From contig FO203512.1 in NCBI GenBank assembly GCA_000967895.1, forward strand, positions 537,582 to 569,581: a DNA stretch of 32,000 bases, written 5' to 3'. Below are positions 16,444 through 24,487 of this stretch, one piece after another. The DNA comes from Oleispira antarctica RB-8 (GTDB taxonomy: Bacteria; Pseudomonadota; Gammaproteobacteria; Pseudomonadales; Oceanobacteraceae). The notes under the pieces were generated by a model, which had not been told where the DNA came from, searched no databases, and saw nothing but the letters and a program-made list of their open reading frames with translations. Every line of letters begins with the position of its first letter. Position 1 is the stretch's first letter. A program made the position numbers and the translations under genes.

Positions 16444-18369
16444 ATGAAATTATTGATACAAGGTATCCTCAATCTGTGTCTGATCTGTGCAGTAGCTTAT
16501 CCTATTGTGAATGCTACGGCTGAGACTGGGAAAACCTTTGAAGTACCGGCTAAAAAAGATGAAATCGAAGAGGTGCGTTTTAAAGATGAAATGGAAGCGC
16601 GATTGAATCGAGACTTACAGGCATATCTTGGGAATAATCGCTTTATCATTCATGTTGAAGCCGAATTGAAAAAAACACGTACTGTTGTAAAAGAACGATC
16701 TAATACCGCGGCTAAGAATATTCCAGAACGCCCAGTATTTACTTCACAACCTTTGCCAGTATCAATCGATAATCGAACAAGAGAAATCGAAGAAACACTC
16801 CCTGGGCTTCCGACCAGTGATTTACCCATTTTCGAAGATAACAGTGTGGAAGTCGATGCGTTGAAAGGCCGTGTTCAGCAATTAGAGAATGAGCGGCAGC
16901 AAGCTCTGGGATATGCTGAAAAATTACGCCAAGAAGCTGAAAAGCAGATAGAAAAAATTAAAGAAAAAACGCTAGGTTATAGAAATTCTATTAATAAACT
17001 CACTATAACCGTGGTATTAGATAAAAGTTTAAAAGATGAGCAAATAGAATTCATTCGTAATTTGATTACTCGTAAAGCGCGCTTAGATGAATTACGAGGA
17101 GACTCTTTAAGCATTGTTCGTACAGAGTTTAAAGACGTTAAGCAAGATGTTGTACTGGATGGTTGGCAACAATACCAAGGCTGGATCATGTTAGCTTGTT
17201 TTGGCTTTATGATGTTGTTATTACTGCTGGTGCTCTATTTATTTAATAAGCGCTTGAGTGAGAGTCTAAAAGAGAATCAGCGAAGAAGTGATAACTTTGA
17301 TAGCCTGACTGTTCCGGCTGCCGTTGAAATGGCTCCTATTGATCATTCGGAAAATGAGGGTAATGATAAGCGTCGTCAGCTTAATGAAATGCGCCAAGAG
17401 CTCGTGACGATTGGCTTAGGCCAGCCACAGCTATTTCAACAGCGTATTAACGAACAGTTAAATAGCGGAAATAGTCAAAATGTAGCGGCCTTATATGAAG
17501 TATTAGGAAAGGGGTTGTTTCGCAGTCTTTGCCCAAAAATATTAAATTCTGATGCTGAAACTTTAGCAGACCAAGTCGCACAACAGCCTTTAGATAATGA
17601 ACAAAAACTTACTTATTTAAATAATCTGCGTCACGAGATGTTAAAAGCGTTAAGTGATGATGAAACGGGTAATGCTCCCTTTGCTTTTTTGGAAAAATTA
17701 AATGATTCACAAGTTTTATATTTAATAAAAGAAGAAGAAACGCGGATCAAAGCGTTGGTTTTATCGCAAGTTCCTGCAAAAAGAGCGGCCAGTTTAGTGC
17801 AGCGACTAGAGGGGCGTGAGCAATCTGCGGTAGCGTATGAATTGGGTGAGTTTGAAACCTTACCCGTATCAACCTTCAAAGACGTTGCGGATCGTTTAGC
17901 ACAAAAATCTTTGAATGTTCCAAGCTTTGAGAATGTATCTGCGAATGGTCTGTCAGTATTAATTAATATGCTAGACACCATGAGCAGTGGTGAAGAAACT
18001 CGTTTACTTAAAACATTAAAAGCGGATAAACCTGAAACCTATTATCGTTTGCGCCAAGTATATTATACCTATGCTGATTTGATGCGAACCCCTGAGCGAG
18101 TGATTGCGAATGAGCTTAGAGATGTTGATCGTACGGTGATGGCGTTATCGCTATGCCATACTACAACCGAATTCAAACGACATGTGTTAACGGGGTTGCC
18201 AGCCAAGCTACGATCTTCTGTCATTGCAGAATTGAAAATACAAGAAGGCCAAGCAGCACAAGAGCAAACTGAGCAGGCTAGAAATCAAGTTGTGGCTAAG
18301 ATGCGTGAAGTATTAAAAGCAGGCCGCTTTTCTATGGAAGAATTGATCGCTGTTGCGAATCCAAGTTAA
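16444..18369 (+). CDS. FliF(C-terminal)-FliG-like fusion membrane protein
   Basis: 641 aa from the ATG at 16444. N-terminal signal/TM, FliF-like periplasmic part (LNRDLQAYLGNNRFIIHVEAELKKTRTVV...INKLTITVVLDKSLKDEQIEFIRNLITRKARLDELRGDSLSIVRTEF), TM (WIMLACFGFMMLLLLLVLYLF), then a FliG-like cytoplasmic part (EEETRIKALVLSQVPAKRAASLVQRL...VIANELRDVDRTVMALSLCHTTTEFKRHVLTGLPAKLRSSVIAEL...QARNQVVAKMREVLKAGRFSMEEL). Confidence 0.8.
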   Translation: MKLLIQGILNLCLICAVAYPIVNATAETGKTFEVPAKKDEIEEVRFKDEMEARLNRDLQAYLGNNRFIIHVEAELKKTRTVVKERSNTAAKNIPERPVFTSQPLPVSIDNRTREIEETLPGLPTSDLPIFEDNSVEVDALKGRVQQLENERQQALGYAEKLRQEAEKQIEKIKEKTLGYRNSINKLTITVVLDKSLKDEQIEFIRNLITRKARLDELRGDSLSIVRTEFKDVKQDVVLDGWQQYQGWIMLACFGFMMLLLLLVLYLFNKRLSESLKENQRRSDNFDSLTVPAAVEMAPIDHSENEGNDKRRQLNEMRQELVTIGLGQPQLFQQRINEQLNSGNSQNVAALYEVLGKGLFRSLCPKILNSDAETLADQVAQQPLDNEQKLTYLNNLRHEMLKALSDDETGNAPFAFLEKLNDSQVLYLIKEEETRIKALVLSQVPAKRAASLVQRLEGREQSAVAYELGEFETLPVSTFKDVADRLAQKSLNVPSFENVSANGLSVLINMLDTMSSGEETRLLKTLKADKPETYYRLRQVYYTYADLMRTPERVIANELRDVDRTVMALSLCHTTTEFKRHVLTGLPAKLRSSVIAELKIQEGQAAQEQTEQARNQVVAKMREVLKAGRFSMEELIAVANPS

Positions 18370-18378
18370 GGATCAAGT

Positions 18379-19182
18379 ATGAATCGATTTTCGTTTAGTA
18401 CACTGGTTGGGATAACGGTCGCTATTAGCCTTTTCATGTACGCCATTGTTTCGAGCACCAATAACTATTTAATGTTTATTAGTGTCTCAAGCTTTGCTTT
18501 GGTGGCGGGAAGCACGTTTGCAGCCTCTTTGATTAGCTATACCACAGCAGACGTCCTTACCGCGATTAAAGCATTATTTGAGACCTTGTTTCATGCGCCG
18601 ACCAGTTCGAAACATTTACGCGGCCATGTAGAGCGCTTTATTGAATGGGGAAGTATTTATCGTCAACAAGGTATTGCGGGATTAGAGTCTTCGCTAACGG
18701 ACAAAGAGCGCAGAGATCCATTTTTAGCACACGGTATGGAGCTATTAAGCAGTGGTTATAAAAACCATGACATTCGTACTATTTTAACCGATGACATGGA
18801 CGCTTTCTGGCAACGAATGACTGTCGAGTCAAAAGTATTAAATACGATGGCTGTTTATGCTCCCGGCTTTGGTATGGTTGGTACCATCATCGGTTTGATT
18901 ATTATGCTCGATAATATGAATGGCGATATGGCCGCCTTAGGTAAAGGTTTGGCATTGGCATTAATTACAACGCTATATGGCGTTGTATTGGCCAACATTT
19001 TCTTTAGACCTGCTGCCAACCAAGTGACCGAAAAACAAGAATCATTATACTTTCGTGATCAAATGATTGTTGAAGGGTTTGTATTGTTAGCCGAGAAGCG
19101 TGACGCATTATTTATGCAAGATCGGTTGAATGCTTACCTCAAACCAAGTGCACGTTATCAGCCAATAGAAGAAGAGCTGTAA
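18379..19182 (+). CDS. MotA/PomA-family stator protein
   Basis: 267-aa ORF; TM pairs and ERRDPFLAHGMELLSSG...VYAPGFGMVGTIIGLIIMLDNM...GKGLALALITTLYGVVLANIFFRP, typical of PomA/MotA. Confidence 0.95.
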   Translation: MNRFSFSTLVGITVAISLFMYAIVSSTNNYLMFISVSSFALVAGSTFAASLISYTTADVLTAIKALFETLFHAPTSSKHLRGHVERFIEWGSIYRQQGIAGLESSLTDKERRDPFLAHGMELLSSGYKNHDIRTILTDDMDAFWQRMTVESKVLNTMAVYAPGFGMVGTIIGLIIMLDNMNGDMAALGKGLALALITTLYGVVLANIFFRPAANQVTEKQESLYFRDQMIVEGFVLLAEKRDALFMQDRLNAYLKPSARYQPIEEEL

Positions 19183-19862
19183 TGACAGAGTCGGTTTCTA
19201 ATAAACACAGGGGGCTAAGACGTCGTCGCCCCAATTTTGAGGATTCATCCAGCTCTTGGTTAATTACCTACTCTGATGCAGTTACTTTGCTGCTCGCTTT
19301 TTTTGTAATGATATTATCTGTCTCAGATTTGAATCAGGGAAAAGTGGAAGCGCTAAAAGAAGGTCTAACAGAAGCGATGACAGGAGAGGCGCCTCCTACA
19401 CCATTTACCGATATTAAAAATGGCTTAGAGCAATTAATTGAGCAGGATGGCTTGCAAGATCAAGTCTCTGTTACTCTAGATAAAGAAGGTGTGAAAATAG
19501 AGTTTTCAAATGTTTCATTATATCAATCAGGTTCGGCCGATATTAAAATTGATGCGATTAAAACACTGAATAAAGTAACTCAAGTTATACTAAAAACCAG
19601 CCATAAGACTCACATGGTCGAAGTGGGTGGGCATACTGATAATGTTCCAATTCATACCGAAAAATTCCCATCAAATTGGGAGTTGTCGTCTGCGCGAGCA
19701 ACCAATGTTGTTAAGTACTTATTAGCAGAAGGAATCGAAAAAGAACGACTAAAAGCGGCAGGTTACGCCGATAGCCGACCTAAAGAAAACAGCCTTAATT
19801 TACCCCTCAATCAGCAGCGTGAAGATAATCGACGCGTGGTTATTTTTGTAAAGCGTTACTAG
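19182..19862 (+). CDS. MotB/PomB-family stator protein with OmpA-like peptidoglycan-binding domain
   Basis: 226-aa ORF; single TM with conserved Asp (SWLITYSDAVTLLLAFFVMILSVSD); OmpA/MotB motif VEVGGHTDNVPI...NWELSSARATNVVKYLL...RLKAAGYADSRP...NRRVVIFV. Shares one base with the upstream stop (TAATG). Confidence 0.96.
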   Translation: MTESVSNKHRGLRRRRPNFEDSSSSWLITYSDAVTLLLAFFVMILSVSDLNQGKVEALKEGLTEAMTGEAPPTPFTDIKNGLEQLIEQDGLQDQVSVTLDKEGVKIEFSNVSLYQSGSADIKIDAIKTLNKVTQVILKTSHKTHMVEVGGHTDNVPIHTEKFPSNWELSSARATNVVKYLLAEGIEKERLKAAGYADSRPKENSLNLPLNQQREDNRRVVIFVKRY

Positions 19863-19902
19863 CGTTACATCATCAAACCCATCACTCAAGATCTTAATTC
19901 AT

Positions 19903-19950
19903 AGATGACATGAAAGTGTCATCTAATGTTATTAAATCTGTCACTTTCAT
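19903..19950. promoter_or_regulatory. Cluster of direct and inverted repeats upstream of the PhoX-like gene; possible Pho-box-like array
   Basis: Heptamers in 11-bp register resembling CTGTCAT: ATGACAT(19905), GTGTCAT(19916), CTGTCAC(19938). Also AGATGACA...TGTCATCT (8-bp stem) and ATGAAAGTG(19910-19918)...CACTTTCAT(19942-19950). Confidence 0.4.
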
Positions 19951-20005
19951 AAGCTACTCTGCGCTCTCCAGTAATTAATTTATAATAATTGAGAGAGAAT
20001 AGATT

Positions 20006-21913
20006 ATGGAACTCCTTCAGAAAAACGCTTTATACAAGGCGGTATTACTCGCGATGACAACGAGTATGTTAGTTGCTTGCGGCGGAGATTCGGATGGCGA
20101 CGATGGTATAAATGGTGCTAGCGGTGCTAACGGTACTAATGGTGCTAACGGTACTAATGGTGCAGACGGTCAAAATGCGGGAGGACCTGTTTCAGTAATT
20201 GACCCAACAAGCCTTGTTTTTACCGGTGTAAAAGCCCCAATGACTGATGCTGAAAAACGTACGGTTTTAGCCTCTGATGCCATGATTGACGGTAAGGTTT
20301 ATGGCGGTGCTTATAAAACATTAGTACGTTCTGGTGAGGATGTTAATGGTATCTACTTTGGTCAATTAGTTGATGAGTCGGGTAGCGTATTAAAAGCGGG
20401 TGATGGATCTATTAAAATCTCTGATTCAAATGAATTTACCTCATTATTACCGATCGGCAATAAATTATTCTCAGTTTCTCAGTTTGAAAGTAAGCCAGGT
20501 GCAATGTTCTTGATGGAATTAAATCAAGATGCTGTCGATGGTGAATTAACTGTAAAAAACATGAGCCAAATAGACCAGTCTGGCATTGATGGAGGCTGGG
20601 TTCATTGCGCGGCATCCGTAACCCCTTGGACAACGCATTTAGCGTCAGAAGAATATGAGCCGAATGCTCGTTCTCTGGTTACAGGGTCTGATGCTCAATC
20701 CGATGGCTATACAAGTGGCATGTTGGATTATTACGCCGATATTAACCAATGGAATCCGTATTTCTATGGTTGGAATATTGAAGTTGTTGTCTCAGAAGAT
20801 GCTCAAGTAACAAGTACAAAGCATTATGCAATGGGGCGTTTAGCATTTGAACTTTCTTATGTGATGCCTGATAAAAAAACAACCTATATGACGGATGATG
20901 GAACGAACGTTGGCTTATATATGTTCGTTGCTGATACAGCTGAAGATCTGAGCGCAGGCACGGCTTATGCCGCTAAATGGAATCAAACGTCTGCCGATGG
21001 CATGGGCGCGGCTGACTTAGAATGGATTTCTTTAGGTCATGCGACAGATGCTGAGATTAAAGATTATGTGAAAGGCACCAACGGTAAAACTGTTGCAACT
21101 TTCGCAGATATCTTCACGACGGCAGATGCGACAGGATCGACATGTCCTGATACTTTTACTGCGGTTAATGCCGGTGGTAAAGGACTTGAGTGTTTGAAAG
21201 TGAATGCAGGTATGGAAAAAGCGGCTTCTCGTTTAGAGACACGTCGTTATGCTGCATTAATGGGTGCAACGACAGAATTCAGAAAAGAAGAAGGCGTTAC
21301 TTTCGATAGTAAGCGTAACAAGCTGTATGTTGCTATGTCATCTATTGAAAAAGGCATGATGGATAATGACTCAAATGATTTTGGTGGGCCAAATCACATT
21401 GCACTTAATACCTTAAACAAATGCGGTGGCGTATACGAATTAGACCTTGGAGCAAATGCTGGAATGGGGTCCGACTTTGTTGCACAAAACATGAAGGGCC
21501 TGATTGCTGGTCGCCCAGTCGATGGCAGTGGTTATGGTACAACAACCGAGCCACAAGCTGTTGGTTATGAGAATGGTAATAAGTGTCACATTGATGGAAT
21601 ATCAAACCCAGATAACGTTACGTATATGACGGGCTACGATAAGTTAATTGTCGGTGAAGATACGGGTTCTGGTCACCAGAATGATGTTATTTGGGCTTAT
21701 GACTTTACCTCAGAAGATCTTGTTCGAATTCAAACCACACCTTATGGTTCTGAAACAACGTCTCCTTACTGGTATCCAAATATCAATGGCTGGGCGTACA
21801 TGACTTCCGTTATTCAGCATCCTTATGGTGAGTCTGATGGTGGTGAGAATACTGGGGCAGGAGAAGCGCGTGCTTACACGGGTTATGTCGGTCCTTTCCC
21901 CGCTGTAAACTAA
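20006..21913 (+). CDS. PhoX/DUF839-like lipoprotein with a collagen-like Gly-X-X linker
   Basis: 635-aa ORF; lipobox TTSMLVAC, Gly-X-X repeat, then a long beta-rich domain with VTPWTTHLASEEYEPNAR...FRKEEGVTFDSKRNKLYVAMSS...NKCHIDGISNPDNVTYMTGYDKLIVGEDTGSGHQNDVIWAYDF, resembling PhoX-type DUF839 proteins. Confidence 0.8.
   Translation: MELLQKNALYKAVLLAMTTSMLVACGGDSDGDDGINGASGANGTNGANGTNGADGQNAGGPVSVIDPTSLVFTGVKAPMTDAEKRTVLASDAMIDGKVYGGAYKTLVRSGEDVNGIYFGQLVDESGSVLKAGDGSIKISDSNEFTSLLPIGNKLFSVSQFESKPGAMFLMELNQDAVDGELTVKNMSQIDQSGIDGGWVHCAASVTPWTTHLASEEYEPNARSLVTGSDAQSDGYTSGMLDYYADINQWNPYFYGWNIEVVVSEDAQVTSTKHYAMGRLAFELSYVMPDKKTTYMTDDGTNVGLYMFVADTAEDLSAGTAYAAKWNQTSADGMGAADLEWISLGHATDAEIKDYVKGTNGKTVATFADIFTTADATGSTCPDTFTAVNAGGKGLECLKVNAGMEKAASRLETRRYAALMGATTEFRKEEGVTFDSKRNKLYVAMSSIEKGMMDNDSNDFGGPNHIALNTLNKCGGVYELDLGANAGMGSDFVAQNMKGLIAGRPVDGSGYGTTTEPQAVGYENGNKCHIDGISNPDNVTYMTGYDKLIVGEDTGSGHQNDVIWAYDFTSEDLVRIQTTPYGSETTSPYWYPNINGWAYMTSVIQHPYGESDGGENTGAGEARAYTGYVGPFPAVN
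20105..20176 (+). repeat. Eight Gly-X-X triplets (GIN GAS GAN GTN GAN GTN GAD GQN), including a perfect 18-bp tandem repeat
   Basis: GGTGCTAACGGTACTAAT occurs twice in tandem at 20123-20158. Confidence 0.95.
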
Positions 21914-21938
21914 TCGTAATAATTGCAGGTTAGTATTG

Positions 21939-21966
21939 AAAGGGTGGCATTAGCCACCCTTTTTTT
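21939..21966 (+). terminator. Rho-independent terminator after the PhoX-like gene
   Basis: AGGGTGGC(21941-21948)-ATTA-GCCACCCT(21953-21960)-TTTTTT. Confidence 0.9.
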
Positions 21967-21984
21967 ATTGAGAATATGTAAATT

Positions 21985-23724
21985 ATGTTTCGTTCTATTA
22001 ATTGTACTATTAATCGTACTATGCCTTGTCTGATAGTTTCTTGCTGTGTAGTTTTATGCCTTACGGCTTGTGATTTTTCTCAAGCTGATGAGCCTTCTCA
22101 ATCGAATGAGCTTTTCCAATCTAATAGTTCAGCAATAGATAAAAGTGCATTAACCAGTGATGTACTCAACAACCCCACTGCTTATATTCCCCCGCAGTGT
22201 TATACAAAAACTACCGCCACAGATGGCGCGATCCATAATCCTTGTTATGTTTGTCACACGGCCAGTAAAGCGCCCAATTTTTTAAATGATACCGATGTTC
22301 AGCAAGAACTTGTATTTCCTGAACCGGGCGTGATTAATCGTTGGGACAATATGTTTAAAGATTACAGTAAGCAAGTAGCCAAGATTAGCGATGAAACAAT
22401 ACTAAAGTATGTCCGCCAAGATAATTATAAAAACAGTCAAAATGAATTAATTTTAGCGGATAAATTACAAGCTTTACCTGCAGAGTGGGATAGAAATAAA
22501 AACGGCCAATGGGATGGGTTCATTCCCGACAGTTATTACAATTTTAATGACAAAGGATTTGATGTCGCCCCTAGTGGTGAATTAACAGGTTGGCGTGTCT
22601 TTGCTTATTATCCTTTTTTAGGCACCTTTATGCCTGTTAATGGTTCCACTGACGATGTCATGATTCGTTTACCAGAGATATTTAGGCAAGATGATAAGGG
22701 CATATTTGATGAGCGCGTTTATGAACTCAATCTATCTATTATCGAATCACTGCTAAAACAAAAAGATATTAATATTGCTGAAGTGGATGAAAATTTATAT
22801 CAAGTAGATTTGAACAAAGATGGCAAGTTGTCACACACAAGTACTATTCGTTTTTCATGGTCTCCAAACGATAATATTTTTATGAGCTACGTTGGCTTGG
22901 CTAAAGCTAAGCTGGCGGCTAAAGAAATAAATCTAGCAGCAGGACTTTACCCCGTTGGCACAGAGTTTCTTCACAGTGTTCGTTACATCGATGAAAAAGA
23001 CGGCAATACAGCAATGGCTGCTAGGATGAAAGAGTTGCGTTATGCCCGAAAAGAAAACTGGCGTAATTATTACCAGCTAGAACGCATTGCGATGAAAGAA
23101 GTAAAAGAACGCCATGATTTTCCCGATAGAACCAAGCAAGTTATCGGCAATATGGAAGTTGGATTAACCGTAGCGCAAGGTTGGACGTATCAAGGTTTTA
23201 TTGAAGATAAACAGGGCGACCTTAGACCCCAATCTTATGAAGAAAGTTATTTTTGTGTCGGTTGTCATAGTGGTACCGGAGCCACCGCAGATACCACTTT
23301 CTCGTTTTCGCGAAAATTTGATAGTGACAGTTTTAAGCAAGGTTGGTACAGCTGGCTTGAAAAAGACTTAGCTGGAATTAGCGATCCATTACGAAATGAT
23401 GGCTTAGGTGAGTATGGATATTATTTAACTCATAACCCGAGTGGTAATGAATACCGCAATAACGATGCGGTCAAAAATAAGTTTTATGATAAGCAGGGTA
23501 ATAAAAAAATAGGTGCTTTTAATGATCTGAAAACAGATATCAGTACCTTGTTAATGCCTGACGTTAAGCACGCGCTGATAATGAATAAAGCCTACAAGGT
23601 TATTGTTGATGAACAAAGTTATAGCCAAGGTCGAGATGGCCATGTTTCTGAGATTGTTAATATTCACAAAGAAGTCGAGTTAGGGCAGGATACCGGCATT
23701 GTTGATGTGCTTAATTTCCACTAG
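21985..23724 (+). CDS. Putative multi-haem (two CXXCH) lipoprotein with Ca-binding-like loops
   Basis: 579-aa ORF; lipobox VVLCLTAC; CYVCH (22243-22257) and CVGCH (23254-23268); EF-hand-like loops DRNKNGQWDGF and DLNKDGKLSH. Confidence 0.8.
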   Translation: MFRSINCTINRTMPCLIVSCCVVLCLTACDFSQADEPSQSNELFQSNSSAIDKSALTSDVLNNPTAYIPPQCYTKTTATDGAIHNPCYVCHTASKAPNFLNDTDVQQELVFPEPGVINRWDNMFKDYSKQVAKISDETILKYVRQDNYKNSQNELILADKLQALPAEWDRNKNGQWDGFIPDSYYNFNDKGFDVAPSGELTGWRVFAYYPFLGTFMPVNGSTDDVMIRLPEIFRQDDKGIFDERVYELNLSIIESLLKQKDINIAEVDENLYQVDLNKDGKLSHTSTIRFSWSPNDNIFMSYVGLAKAKLAAKEINLAAGLYPVGTEFLHSVRYIDEKDGNTAMAARMKELRYARKENWRNYYQLERIAMKEVKERHDFPDRTKQVIGNMEVGLTVAQGWTYQGFIEDKQGDLRPQSYEESYFCVGCHSGTGATADTTFSFSRKFDSDSFKQGWYSWLEKDLAGISDPLRNDGLGEYGYYLTHNPSGNEYRNNDAVKNKFYDKQGNKKIGAFNDLKTDISTLLMPDVKHALIMNKAYKVIVDEQSYSQGRDGHVSEIVNIHKEVELGQDTGIVDVLNFH

Positions 23725-23758
23725 TTAATCATAAATAGGAATCAACAGAGAATTTATT

Positions 23759-24487
23759 ATGATGCATCTAGATTTATTATCTGAATTTATTTTAGCCTGC
23801 TTTATTATGGGTTGTGGTATTGGCGCTGATGTAGCGATTGCTACGTTTGTTAGAGCGCATCAATTAGCTAAGCAAAAACAAACGAGGTACTGGGTTGTCG
23901 GGGTGACGGTTACTCATACCGTATTTCCAATGGTTGGCTATTTATTAGCGTATTTTAGTATTCAGTCTATTCCTCTATTAACCCCAATTGTTGGGGTGCT
24001 CGCTTTTTCATTCATTGCTTATTTTCTCTGGCAAGAACTGAATGGTTATTTAAATTCTGATGAAGGCGATCATGACGATCGACAATCGTTGGTCACATTC
24101 GCGTTGATTTTAGCCGTCAGTTGGGATGCTTTGTGGTCAGGCCCTGCTAAATCTGCACAGGTAATGAATTGGCCGCATGAGCTAGTGTGGGTTTCATTTA
24201 TTGTGGTGGGCTTCTTTGTTGCACTGTGTGCCTATGCTGGCTTACGGCTGGCTAAAAGGTTTAAGCAAACGAGTACTGAGTTCTCTGTCTTTATTATCGT
24301 AGGATTATGGATTCAATATTCAGTCATAGCGTATTTTGGCTTGCTGGCCCTTTTACGCTATACACTGTCATTAATGATTGATAGTTGGCAAGTATTCTCG
24401 ATTTCATCTGCAGTAGTTGCGATCGTAATGATGCTGCTCTTTATTCGAAATCAAAAAAACTTACCTGCACAGAAAACAGTTACTTAA
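23759..24487 (+). CDS. Polytopic inner-membrane protein of unknown function
   Basis: 242-aa ORF with about six hydrophobic segments, including a motif-rich SWDALWSGPAKSAQ. Confidence 0.75.
   Translation: MMHLDLLSEFILACFIMGCGIGADVAIATFVRAHQLAKQKQTRYWVVGVTVTHTVFPMVGYLLAYFSIQSIPLLTPIVGVLAFSFIAYFLWQELNGYLNSDEGDHDDRQSLVTFALILAVSWDALWSGPAKSAQVMNWPHELVWVSFIVVGFFVALCAYAGLRLAKRFKQTSTEFSVFIIVGLWIQYSVIAYFGLLALLRYTLSLMIDSWQVFSISSAVVAIVMMLLFIRNQKNLPAQKTVT

Noticed and set aside
18379-19862. Zorya-type antiphage system based on the MotA/MotB pair
   Set aside because: MotA-like protein lacks the long ZorA-type cytoplasmic tail, and no ZorC/ZorD/ZorE-like helicase or nuclease gene is nearby; the FliF/G fusion points elsewhere.
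18379-19862. Ordinary flagellar motAB locus
   Set aside because: Not fully excluded, but the co-linear FliF/G-like fusion, TPR lipoprotein and OM-like gene are not part of a canonical flagellar motAB locus.
19903-19924. AGATGACA/TGTCATCT hairpin as the terminator of the motor-like block
   Set aside because: AT-rich stem with no following T-tract; better explained as part of a regulatory repeat cluster.
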